Of a stretch of 64,000 nucleotides of DNA, positions 47,381 to 56,034 are shown one piece after another (position 1 is the first letter of the stretch; every line of letters starts with the position of its first letter). A program made the position numbers and the translations under genes. Source of the stretch: an uncultured Actinomycetes bacterium (lineage in GTDB: Bacteria; Actinomycetota; Thermoleophilia; Gaiellales; Gaiellaceae); contig CAVRBT010000015.1 of assembly GCA_963719275.1 (NCBI GenBank), positions 110,396 to 174,395 on the forward strand. Direction: 5' to 3'. The notes beneath the pieces were generated by a model. That model worked only from the letters and a program-made list of their open reading frames with translations. It ran no database searches and was not told where the DNA came from.

Positions 47381-47442
47381 TGCGTCCTTGCATCGCTTGC
47401 AGCTCGCGACCGGGAGACGCGAGGTCGTCACCGGAGAAACCA

Positions 47443-48417
47443 TTGCCTGAGAAGACGTACCTGCAGGCGATCAGCGACGGTCTCCGCCAGGAGATGCGGC
47501 GCGACAAGCGCGTCTTCGTGATCGGCGAGGACGTCGGTGTCTACGGCGGCGCCTTCAAGGTCACGCTCGGCTTCCAGGAGGAGTTCGGGCCGTGGCGCGT
47601 GATCGACGCGCCGCTCTCCGAGACAGCGATCGTCGGGGGCTGCACCGGCGCAGCGATCATGGGCATGCGCCCGGTCGCGGAGATGCAGTTCGCCGACTTC
47701 ATCTCGTGCGCGTGGGACCACCTCGTCACCGTCGCGGCCAAGCAGCGCTGGCGCGCGGGGACGCCGGTGCCGATCACCGTGCGGCTGCCCTCCGGTGGCG
47801 GCTTCAGCGGCGGCCCGTTTCACTCCCAGAACCCCGAGAGCTCGTTCGCGCACATCCCGGGCCTGAAGGTGATCTGCCCGGCAACGCCCGAGGACGCCAA
47901 GGGCCTGCTCGCGACCGCGATCCAAGATCCGAGCCCGTGCCTCTACTTCGAGCACAAGCACCTCTACCGGCGCCTGAAGGCCGAGGTCCCGGACGAGCGA
48001 TTCGAGACGCCGTTCGGCAAGGCGCGGATCCACCGCGAGGGCGAGGACGTCTCCGTGATCACCTGGGGCGCGATGGTGCACACCGCCGCCGAGGCGGCGC
48101 AGCAGCTCGAGGGTGAGGACATCTCCGTCGAGATCATCGACCTGCGCACGCTGATCCCGTGGGACAAGCAGGCAGTCCTGGACAGCGTGTCGAAGACCTC
48201 CAAGGTGGTCGTGCTCCACGAGGACACCCACACCGGCGGCTTCGGCGGCGAGATCGCGGCGACGATCGCGGAGGAGGCATTCGAGGACCTCGACGCGCCG
48301 CTGAGGCGGATCGCGGCGCCCGACTCGCCGGTGCCGTTCTCGCCGCAACTTGAGAAGGCCTTCATCCCGCAGGTCGAGGACGTCGTCGCCGGGATTCGCG
48401 AGGTGGCCGAGTACTGA
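47443..48417 (+). CDS. 2-oxoacid dehydrogenase E1 component beta subunit
   Basis: In-frame TTG at 47443 (LPEKTYLQAISDGLRQEMRRDKRVFVIGEDVG...) inside ORF 47305..48417. GGAGA lies 6 nt upstream. The resulting length (324 aa) fits the family. Confidence 0.88.
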   Translation: MPEKTYLQAISDGLRQEMRRDKRVFVIGEDVGVYGGAFKVTLGFQEEFGPWRVIDAPLSETAIVGGCTGAAIMGMRPVAEMQFADFISCAWDHLVTVAAKQRWRAGTPVPITVRLPSGGGFSGGPFHSQNPESSFAHIPGLKVICPATPEDAKGLLATAIQDPSPCLYFEHKHLYRRLKAEVPDERFETPFGKARIHREGEDVSVITWGAMVHTAAEAAQQLEGEDISVEIIDLRTLIPWDKQAVLDSVSKTSKVVVLHEDTHTGGFGGEIAATIAEEAFEDLDAPLRRIAAPDSPVPFSPQLEKAFIPQVEDVVAGIREVAEY

Positions 48418-49868
48418 TGGCCGCCACGGCTTCGATCGACGTCGTCATGCCGCAGATGGGCGTCTCCGTCTCCGAGGGGACGATCACGAAGTGGCTCAAG
48501 CAGGAAGGCGAGACGGTCGCGGCCGACGAGTCGCTGCTCGAGATCTCGACGGACAAGGTCGACACCGAAGTACCGAGCCCCGGCTCCGGGGTCGTCCAGC
48601 AGATCCTGGTGCAGGAGGGCGAGACCGTCGAGGTCGGGACGAAGCTCGCGGTAATCGCGCCCGAGGGCGCTGCTCCCGCCGAAGAGGCGCCGGCTCGACC
48701 CGAGCCCGCAGCGGAGGAGCCCGCCGCCGAGGCCGCGGCTCCGAGCGCGGAGCCCGAGGCGCCTGCGCCCGAGGCGGCTCCGCCGCCGCCCGAGCCCGAG
48801 CCCGCACCCGCGCCGCCTCAGGCGCCCGCGCCCGCGGCTGCCGACGGCGACGGTGCCGGGGAGAAAACGTTCATCTCGCCGGTGGTCGCGCGCATCGCCT
48901 CGGAGCACGGCGTCGATGTGAACCAGGTCTCGGGAACCGGCCGCGGCGGCCGCGTGACGAAGAAGGACATTCTCGCATTCGTCGAGTCCGGCGGCGCACA
49001 GGAGGCACAGGCTCCGCAACCCGAGCCGCAGGCTGCGGCACCGGCGGCACCCGAAGGTCCGCCCGAGCCGGTTCCGGCGCCGGAGCCGCAGCTCGAGGCA
49101 CCTCCGGCCCCGGCCGCCGCGCCGCAACCGGCGATGGCGCAGGCCGACGTCGAAGCGGGCGAGACCTTCGAGCCGATGAGCGCCATGCGTCGCGGGATCG
49201 CCGAGCACATGCGCCGCTCGCTCGATACGTCCGCGCACGTCACGAGCGCGATCGAGGTCGACATGTCGAACGTGGTCGCGATCCGCAAGAAGTTGAAGAG
49301 CGAATACCAGCGCTCCTACGGCGTTAACCCGACGTACCTTTCCTTCGTCGCCCGCGCGACGGTGGAGACGCTGCGCGACTACCCGTGGATCAACGGCGAG
49401 CTACGCGGCGACCAGATCGTGACGCGCAACTACGTCAACCTCGGGTTCGCGGTCGAGCTGGCCGACGGCAAGGGCCTGATCGTGCCGGTCGTCAAGCACG
49501 CGGAGGGGCTCAACCTGCTCGGGATGGCGCGCTTGGTCGCCGAGATCGCCCAGCGGGCCCGCGATAAGAAGCTGATGCCGGACGATGTTCAGGGAGGCAC
49601 GTTCACGATCACCAACCCCGGCGGCTACGGCACGTTCCACGGCACGCCGGTGATCAGCCAGCCGCAGGCCGCGATCCTTGGTACCTACGCCGTCGTGAAG
49701 CGGCCGTGGGTGATCCAGGACAACCGTGGCGAGGACGTGATCGCGATCCGGCCGATCATGAACCTGACGCTCACGTACGACCACAGGCTGGTGGACGGCG
49801 CGCTTGCAGGGCGCTTCCTGCGGGACCTGCGCGAGCGGCTCGAGACCTGGAGCGAGGACAACTACTGA
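48417..49868 (+). CDS. dihydrolipoamide acyltransferase E2 component
   Basis: ORF 48417..49868. A lipoyl domain (EISTDKVDTEVPSP), Ala/Pro linkers, a subunit-binding domain (SPVVARIASEHGVD), and the catalytic DHRLVDG. Confidence 0.9.
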   Translation: MAATASIDVVMPQMGVSVSEGTITKWLKQEGETVAADESLLEISTDKVDTEVPSPGSGVVQQILVQEGETVEVGTKLAVIAPEGAAPAEEAPARPEPAAEEPAAEAAAPSAEPEAPAPEAAPPPPEPEPAPAPPQAPAPAAADGDGAGEKTFISPVVARIASEHGVDVNQVSGTGRGGRVTKKDILAFVESGGAQEAQAPQPEPQAAAPAAPEGPPEPVPAPEPQLEAPPAPAAAPQPAMAQADVEAGETFEPMSAMRRGIAEHMRRSLDTSAHVTSAIEVDMSNVVAIRKKLKSEYQRSYGVNPTYLSFVARATVETLRDYPWINGELRGDQIVTRNYVNLGFAVELADGKGLIVPVVKHAEGLNLLGMARLVAEIAQRARDKKLMPDDVQGGTFTITNPGGYGTFHGTPVISQPQAAILGTYAVVKRPWVIQDNRGEDVIAIRPIMNLTLTYDHRLVDGALAGRFLRDLRERLETWSEDNY

Positions 49869-49869
49869 G

Positions 49870-50163
49870 GTGAGCCTGCCCTGGGACGAGCCGGGCTGGC
49901 TCGACCGGGCGACGAGCTGGATCGACGGGCAGGTCGAGCGAACCGGCGAGGTCGAGCTCGAGCGGACGCGGCCGTGGGCCGCGGTCGCGCGCGTGCCGAC
50001 CCCCGAGGGCGTCCTGGCGCCGATCGGCCGCGCTCGCGTGTGGCAGCGAACATTGGTGGGCGTCCAGCGCGACCCCAGCGCGGAGTTCGGCGAGCCGGTC
50101 GCTGCGTGGCTCGAGATCCAGCGCGGGATCGCCGACGGCTCGATCCGGCTCGGCGGCGCCTAG
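49870..50163 (+). pseudogene. possible remnant of a phosphotransferase-family gene (N- and C-terminal pieces only)
   Basis: GTG at 49870 inside ORF 49804..50163. VSLPWDEPGWLDRATSWIDGQVERTGEVELERTRPWAAVARVPTPEGVL looks like the N-terminus of APH-like proteins of about 300 aa, but the ORF is only 97 aa. Confidence 0.35.
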
Positions 50164-50666
50164 ACGAGCTCGGCGAAGCGGCGCAGGGCGGAGTCCGTGC
50201 GGTCGCGATCACCGGTGGCGAGGCGGTCGAGGAGGAGGCCGCGCACGACGGCGACCATCAACGTCGCGGTAGCCTCGTCGACGGACGGGCGCCAGCTCGT
50301 ACGCAGGAACTCGAGCCAGTCGCGCACGAGCGGCTCGGCTTCCTTCCGTCCCAGCGCGCCGACGTAGATCTCGAAGAAGAGCCGCAGGAACGGCTCGCGC
50401 TCGGGTGCGGCGATCCACCGCCAGACGTCGTCGAGGGTCTGGACTTCCGCCTCGAGCAGGCTCTCTTCGCGGCGGCGGATCTCGGCCAGGATCTCGTGGA
50501 TCAGCTGCTCCTTGGAGCCGAAGTCGTAGAGGAGCATCCGCGTGCTCGTGCCGAGCGCCTTGGCGAGCGGCCGCAGGCTCAGGCCGGCGAGCCCTCGCTC
50601 GAGGACGTAGTCGGCTGCCTTCGTGAGGACGGCGGCGCGGCGGTGAGGGTCGACAGGCCTGGGCAT
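50160..50666 (-). CDS. TetR/AcrR-family transcriptional regulator
   Basis: ATG at 50666 (MPRPVDPHRRAAVLTKAADYVLERGLAGLSLRPLAKALGTSTRMLLYDFGSKE...) inside ORF 50160..51665. Confidence 0.8.
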   Translation of the reverse strand: MPRPVDPHRRAAVLTKAADYVLERGLAGLSLRPLAKALGTSTRMLLYDFGSKEQLIHEILAEIRRREESLLEAEVQTLDDVWRWIAAPEREPFLRLFFEIYVGALGRKEAEPLVRDWLEFLRTSWRPSVDEATATLMVAVVRGLLLDRLATGDRDRTDSALRRFAELV

Positions 50667-50705
50667 TAGTGAGACGGACGTTTCATAAACTAGCGGAGGG
50701 ACCGG

Positions 50706-50985
50706 ATGCTGGTTCGGCTCGATGCGCTGTTCGAGGGCGTGCTCGGGATCGTGCTTCTGCTCGGAGACGCGACCGGTGTGCTCGACCGCGTTGTGCGGCC
50801 TCATCTGGACTGGGCGCGTCGCCCTGCCCGCGCTGGCGATCGGCAACGCGGTCTCCGCGCTCGCGGGCCTCGTGTGGCTGATCGTCGCCGCCGGCTGGTC
50901 GGCCGCAGGGGCCTCGCTCGTCGGCGTGACCGTCGTGGTGCTGGCCGTCCTGGCCGCCGCGCAGGCCGCTACGCTCCGCGCGTGA
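50706..50985 (+). pseudogene. small 3-TM membrane protein with a +1 frame change
   Basis: MLVRLDALFEGVLGIVLLLGDATGVLD... (frame of 50706) continues as ...RVALPALAIGNAVSALAGLVWLIVAAGWSAAGASLVGVTVVVLAVLAAAQAA in ORF 50722..50985. The junction is at the GGG run 50812-50814. Confidence 0.4.
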
Positions 50986-51002
50986 CTCGCCCCGGGTACG
51001 TC

Positions 51003-51656
51003 ATGAGCCTCCGCGAGCCCGTGCCGTACGAGGAAGCGTGGGCGCTGCAGCGCGCCGTAGCGGCCCACGTCGCGGAGGGCGAGCTCCCGGACACGGTGCT
51101 GCTGCTCGAGCACACGCCGGTGATCACGCTCGGGCGGCGCACCGGCGAAGGCGAGCTGCACGTGCCGGAGCGCGCCGCGGTGGACATCGTCGAGACCGAC
51201 CGCGGGGGCAAGTCCACCTACCACGGGCCGGGACAGCTCGTCTGCTACCCGATCTTCGACCTGACGCGGCACGGGCAGGACGTGAAGCGCTACTGCCGCG
51301 ACCTCGAGGAGGCGCTGATCCGGACGCTCGCGCAGCTCGGCGTCGAGGCGACGCGAATCGAGGGATTGACCGGGATCTGGCTGGAGGCGCCGCCCAGGAA
51401 GATCGCCTCGATCGGGATCCACATCTCGAAGTGGGTCACGACGCACGGGTACGCGCTGAACGTCGACCTCGACCCCGCGCCGTTCACGGACTGGATCACC
51501 GCGTGCGGCCTCGAGGACGCGGCGTTCACGACGATCGCCCGCGAGCTCGGCCGGGCGGTGAGCGTGGACGAGGTGAGGCCTCACGCGGTAACGGCGCTCG
51601 AAGACGTCTTCGCGCTTCGCCTCGAAGAGCAGGCGCCCGCAGCGCTGCCCGCGTGA
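51003..51656 (+). CDS. lipB: octanoyltransferase LipB
   Basis: ATG at 51003 inside ORF 50706..51656; an alternative GTG lies at 50982. Motifs: LLLEHTPVITLGRR, RGGKSTYHGPGQLVCYP, KIASIGI. Confidence 0.85.
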   Translation: MSLREPVPYEEAWALQRAVAAHVAEGELPDTVLLLEHTPVITLGRRTGEGELHVPERAAVDIVETDRGGKSTYHGPGQLVCYPIFDLTRHGQDVKRYCRDLEEALIRTLAQLGVEATRIEGLTGIWLEAPPRKIASIGIHISKWVTTHGYALNVDLDPAPFTDWITACGLEDAAFTTIARELGRAVSVDEVRPHAVTALEDVFALRLEEQAPAALPA

Positions 51657-52261
51657 GCACGGCACGACTCGAGACGTTCGCGGACGGCGTGTTCGCGATC
51701 GCGGCGACCCTGCTGATCCTGAACGTGGACGCGCAGGTTCGAGAGGGCAGCACCGGGATCGGTGACCGGCTGCTGGAGATCTGGCCGTCCTACATCGCGT
51801 ACGCAGTCAGTTTCGTGACCATCGGAATCATCTGGTCGAACCACCACACGGTCATGGCGCAGCTCGGGCGGGTCAACCGGACGTTCCTGATGCTCAACGT
51901 GTTCCTGCTGCTCTGCGTGGCCTTCCTCCCCTTCCCGACGCGGCTCGTGGCCGAGCACCTGCGCGATCGCGCCGAGCTCGAGCCGGCGGCGCTGGCGTAC
52001 GGGGCGACGATGACGGTGATGTCGGTGTGCTACCTGAGCCTCTGGCTGTATGCGACCCGCGGCAGGCGGCTGCTGCGGGACGACTCCGACCCGCGCATGG
52101 TCAGCGGGATCACGAGGAGCTACCTCCCCGGTGCGCCGGTGTACCTCACCGCCACCCTCGTCGCGCTCGTCAGCCCCCTCGCCAGCGTCGCGCTCTTCGG
52201 CGGGATCGCGCTCTTCTACGTCATCGAGAGCTCGGTCTTCGGCGGCACGACTACCGCGTGA
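51653..52261 (+). CDS. TMEM175/DUF1211-family membrane protein (putative K+ channel)
   Basis: GTG at 51653 (GTGA overlap with the lipB stop) inside ORF 51038..52261. RLETFADGVFAIAATLLIL and IIWSNHH. Confidence 0.75.
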   Translation: MSTARLETFADGVFAIAATLLILNVDAQVREGSTGIGDRLLEIWPSYIAYAVSFVTIGIIWSNHHTVMAQLGRVNRTFLMLNVFLLLCVAFLPFPTRLVAEHLRDRAELEPAALAYGATMTVMSVCYLSLWLYATRGRRLLRDDSDPRMVSGITRSYLPGAPVYLTATLVALVSPLASVALFGGIALFYVIESSVFGGTTTA

Positions 52262-52421
52262 GTATCCGCCGATCGGCTCACCGAGGAGACGCGAAGCACC
52301 CTTTCGGGTGATGCAGGGCGTCCTGCGCCGACCAGAGTGAGACCACTTCAGCGGCGGGAGGAGGTACGCATGGCGGCAGCTGTGGCAAGGACGTGGTGGG
52401 CCCTGATCGGCGTAAGCAGCT

Positions 52422-52994
52422 CTACGCGGTAGCGCGCTCGATGGGCGGAGGCCGCAACCCGTCCAGCACGACCTCGACGTAGCGCCGCCAGAGCTCTGGG
52501 TCCGGCGAGTCGGACGCCCCGCGGATCGCCGAGCCGACGAGCGTCGAGACATCGTCGGCCGCGATGTCGGGCCGGAGCGCACCGGCCTCCTGCGCACGCT
52601 CGATCAGCTGATCGATCAGCCCGTTGAGCTCGGCCTTGGCTTCCGCGACGTCGCGCATCTCGACGCAGCGCGAGAAGCCCTCGTGGAGTCCCCGGTCACG
52701 GGCATGCAGCTCCCCCGCGTGCCACACGAAGGCGCGGAAGGCGTCGCCCGCATCCGGCTCTTCGAGCGCGTCCTCCACGAACGCGGTCAGTTCGCGGATC
52801 CGCTTCGAGACCACGGCCGCGATCAGCGCATCCTTGGTCGGGAAGCGGCGGAAGACCGTGGCGTGACCCACGCCCGCCTGGCGGGCGATCTCGTCGACGC
52901 TGACGTCGCAGCCGCGCTCGGCGAAGAGCTCGGTCGCGGCATCGAGCACGCGGCCGAGGTTTCGCTGCGCGTCTGCGCGGAGCGGCGTGCTCAT
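52422..52994 (-). CDS. TetR-family transcriptional regulator
   Basis: ATG at 52994 ([51 protein letters not shown]...) inside ORF 52422..54407. ATGA overlap with the upstream MFS gene. Confidence 0.85.
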   Translation of the reverse strand: MSTPLRADAQRNLGRVLDAATELFAERGCDVSVDEIARQAGVGHATVFRRFPTKDALIAAVVSKRIRELTAFVEDALEEPDAGDAFRAFVWHAGELHARDRGLHEGFSRCVEMRDVAEAKAELNGLIDQLIERAQEAGALRPDIAADDVSTLVGSAIRGASDSPDPELWRRYVEVVLDGLRPPPIERATA

Positions 52995-54430
52995 GCCACG
53001 GGCACCGGCGCGGCCGTGGCCTCGGCCTCGATCCGCGCGACGTGCCGCTGCCGCAGCAGCGCGAGCATCGTGACCAGCCCGGCGAGGACGAACAGCGCCC
53101 CGCCTGCGAAGGCCCAGTGGAACCCGGTGATGAGCGCCGTGGGATCGTCCGCTCCGCCGGCCCTGGCCGTCTGTCCGGCCGCGACCGTGGACAGGATCGC
53201 GAGGCCGAGCGCGCCGCCGATCTGCTGCGAGGTGTTGAAGAGGCCGGAGGCAAGTCCCTGGTCCTCGTCCTTGAGCCCGGTGGTCGCGATCAGCGTCAGC
53301 GGCATGAACACCGCGCCCATGCCGAGCGACGTCACCAGGAGCGACGGCAGCACGTCGGTCAGGTAGGTCCCGTCCACCGGCAGCCGCACGAGCAGGAGCA
53401 TCCCGATCGCGGTGACGATCATCCCGACCGCGGCGACCGGACGGACCCCCAAGCGCGGCGCGAACTGCGACGCGAGCCCCGCGGAGATCATGATCCCCGC
53501 GGTGAAGGGCAGGAAGGCGAGACCCGCCTCCAGCGGCCCGTAGCCGAGCACGCGCTGCAGGTAGAGCGTGTTGAAGAAGAACATCGAGAACATCCCGGAC
53601 GCGGCCAGCAACATGACGACGTTGGCGGTCAGGAGCGAGCGGACGCGGAAGATCGACAGGCGGACGAGCGGCGCCTTCGAACGCTGCTCGATCAGAACGA
53701 ACGAGACCAGAAGCACCGCCGAGAGGGTGAAGAAGCCGATCGTCGTCGAGGAACCCCAGCCGTCCGTCTCGGCCTTCACGATCGCGTAGACAAGCGCCAT
53801 CAACCCGCCCGTCACGCTGATCGCGCCGGCGACGTCGAAGGCGCGGTGCGCGTGCTCGTCCCTCGACTCGGGGATCAACCGCAGCGAGAGCACGAATGTA
53901 AGCGCGCCGACGGGCACGTTGACGAAGAAGATCCAGGGCCACGAGAACAGCTGGGTAAGGGCGCCGCCGAGGATCAGCCCGACCGCCGCGCCACCGATCG
54001 CGATCGCGGCCCAGACGCCCAGCGCCCGGGCGCGTTCCTTCCCCTCGGCGAAGGTGGTCGAGATGATCGAGAGCGCGGCGGGCGAGATGAACGCGGCGCC
54101 GAGGCCCTGGAGCGCGCGGAAGCCGATCAGCATTCCCTCGTTGACCGCCAGCCCGTTCAGGAGCGAAGCGACCGTGAAGACGACGAGCCCCGCCAGGAAC
54201 AGGCGCTTCCGCCCGATCAGGTCGCCGGCACGTCCTCCGAGCAGGAGGAAGCCGCCGAAGACGAGGGTGTAGGCGCTGACGATCCACTGCAGGTTGGCCT
54301 CGCTGAGGCCGAGGTCCTGCTGGATCGACGGCAGGGCGACGTTGACGATGGTGGCGTCGAGCACGACCATGAACTGCGCGAGGCAGACCAGGACGAGGAC
54401 GACCCACTTGTTGGTCTCACGGTTGGTCAT
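52991..54430 (-). CDS. MFS drug:H+ antiporter, DHA2 (14-TMS, EmrB/QacA-like)
   Basis: ORF 52991..54430 (479 aa). [18 protein letters not shown] and [12 protein letters not shown]. Confidence 0.85.
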   Translation of the reverse strand: MTNRETNKWVVLVLVCLAQFMVVLDATIVNVALPSIQQDLGLSEANLQWIVSAYTLVFGGFLLLGGRAGDLIGRKRLFLAGLVVFTVASLLNGLAVNEGMLIGFRALQGLGAAFISPAALSIISTTFAEGKERARALGVWAAIAIGGAAVGLILGGALTQLFSWPWIFFVNVPVGALTFVLSLRLIPESRDEHAHRAFDVAGAISVTGGLMALVYAIVKAETDGWGSSTTIGFFTLSAVLLVSFVLIEQRSKAPLVRLSIFRVRSLLTANVVMLLAASGMFSMFFFNTLYLQRVLGYGPLEAGLAFLPFTAGIMISAGLASQFAPRLGVRPVAAVGMIVTAIGMLLLVRLPVDGTYLTDVLPSLLVTSLGMGAVFMPLTLIATTGLKDEDQGLASGLFNTSQQIGGALGLAILSTVAAGQTARAGGADDPTALITGFHWAFAGGALFVLAGLVTMLALLRQRHVARIEAEATAAPVPVA

Positions 54431-54444
54431 CGAGCTCCTCAGAA

Positions 54445-54498
54445 AAACGGACGACAGAGTCCGCTTACCGTAGCAGAAACGGACGGGTGGGTCCGGTT
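54445..54498. promoter_or_regulatory. two copies of the palindrome AAACGGAC-N6-GTCCG, candidate TetR operators
   Basis: CGGAC/GTCCG arms were read at 54448-54452/54459-54463 and 54480-54484/54491-54495. Their centres are 32 bp apart, in the 84-nt gap between the MFS-TetR operon and lipA. Confidence 0.45.
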
Positions 54499-54514
54499 AC
54501 TAGACTGTGACGAG

Positions 54515-55434
54515 ATGGAAACATCGCGCCCCGTCGCCGAGCGCCCTCGCCGCCCCGAGTGGATGAAGGTGCGCGCACCGAGCGCGGACTCGTCGTACTT
54601 CGACGTCAAGAAGCTGATCCACGGCGCCTCGCTGAACACGATCTGCGAGGAGGCGCGCTGCCCGAACATCGCCGAGTGCTGGGGCCGCGGGACCGCGACC
54701 TTCCAGATCCTCGGCGACACGTGCACGCGCGCGTGCCGCTACTGCTACGTGCACTCCGGCAAGCCCGACCGCCGCCGGACCCGCTCGAGCCACTGCGGCT
54801 CGCGACGACTGCCGCGAAGATGAACCTCAAGCACGTAGTCGTCACCTCGGTGGACCGCGACGACGTCCCGGACCGCGGCGCCGGCCACTACGCGGCGACC
54901 ATCCGGGCGTTGAAGCACAAGGTCCCGGAGGCGACGATCGAGGTCCTGACGCCCGACTTCCTCGACGTCGAGGAGGAGGCGCTGCGCACCGTCCTCGCGG
55001 AGCGGCCGGATGTCTTCAACCACAACATCGAGACCGTGCGCCGGTTGCATGCACGCATGCGCGGCGCGAAGGCGAGCTACGACAAGGCGCTCTGGCTGCT
55101 CGAGCGCGCGAAGGAGCTCGCTGACTACCCGGTGCTGACGAAGTCCGGGATCATCGTTGGGCTCGGCGAGACGAACGACGAGGTCGTGGGGACGATGCGC
55201 GACCTGCGGGAGCACGGCGTCGATGTCGTCACGATCGGGCAGTACCTCCAGCCGAGTGCGAAGCACGCGACGATCGACCGCTGGGTGCACCCGGACGAGT
55301 TCCGCTGGTTCCGCGAGCAAGGCGAGGCGCTCGGCTTCGGCTCCGTCTTCTCAGGACCGCTGGTGCGGAGCTCCTACCGGGCGGACGAGCAGCGGCACGC
55401 GGCAGCGACTGGTCGTGGCGCTGTGGCGTACTAG
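54515..55434 (+). pseudogene. lipA: lipoyl synthase LipA, ORF interrupted by a single -1 frame change (possibly a sequence artefact)
   Basis: The N-terminal part (ATG 54515, METSRPV...MKVRAPS...[14 protein letters not shown]...CTRACRYC) is in the frame of ORF 53042..54823. The rest ([31 protein letters not shown]...) is in ORF 54559..55434. The junction is at about 54770-54776 (GACCGCCGCCGGAC). Confidence 0.8.
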
Positions 55435-55609
55435 CGCCGCGCTGGCGCTGGTCGCACTCGTCGCCGCCGGCTGCGGCCATGATCCTTCGCCCAGCGCAAC
55501 GTCACCGTGGTCGCGGTCGGCTCGCAGGGCAGCCGCGCGGAGTTCAACCTCTCGCAGATCGCCTGCGCGGATACGTAGCGGGAGTAGACTGCCGGCGCCC
55601 GGGGGCAAT

Positions 55610-55981
55610 ATGCGACGTATGACCAGAGCATGTGCGTTCTTGCTCGCGGCGGCAGCCCTCGTCGCGGGTGTTGCGTCCTCTGCGGAGGGCCGCACCGGAG
55701 CGGGCCCCTCGTTGAAGCTCATGAAGCGCGATCCCCTGCAGGTTCAGGGACTGCGCTTCAAGGTCGGAGAGCGCGTCCGCGTGACGGCGACGAGCGCCAC
55801 GACCCCGAAGTCGATCACCAGGGTCGTGCGCACGAGCGCCCGCGGAACGTTCTCGGCCAGGCTCGGTCACTGGAACCACTGCGCGGCGGTGGTCGTCAAG
55901 GCCAGCGGCGCGCGCGGGGACCGGGCGAGGCTGATGATCCAGCCGCCGCCGCCAATCGACGTGCCTTGCTGGGGGCTGTGA
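55610..55981 (+). CDS. small secreted hypothetical protein
   Basis: ATG at 55610 inside ORF 55157..55981. Signal peptide: MRRMTRACAFLLAAAALVAGVASSAEG. 123 aa. No family recognised. Confidence 0.5.
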   Translation: MRRMTRACAFLLAAAALVAGVASSAEGRTGAGPSLKLMKRDPLQVQGLRFKVGERVRVTATSATTPKSITRVVRTSARGTFSARLGHWNHCAAVVVKASGARGDRARLMIQPPPPIDVPCWGL

Positions 55982-56034
55982 GGGTGATGTGATCGAGGGG
56001 CCGCGCGCGGCGGCCCCTCGATCGTTCACGTTGC

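Noticed and set aside
52297-52320. An 18-of-22 nt match between CACCCTTTCGGGTGATGCAGGG (52297-52318) and CACCCCCGCGGGTGGTGCAGGG (62308-62329, in the leader region of the large propeller gene).
   Set aside because: The match is short and GC-rich, and the flanks do not align. The strand context also differs: one follows a plus-strand gene and the other is antisense to a minus-strand leader. This is too weak to call a shared element without genome-wide counts.
55415-55578. A possible ~55-codon lipoprotein mini-gene (VALWRTSAALALVALVAAGCGHDPSPS, then NVTVVAVGSQGSRAEFNLSQIACADT in the -1 frame) between lipA and the next gene.
   Set aside because: It needs both a GTG start overlapping the lipA 3' end and a frame change. 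It is very short and has no family support. It is noted only as another possible homopolymer-type break.
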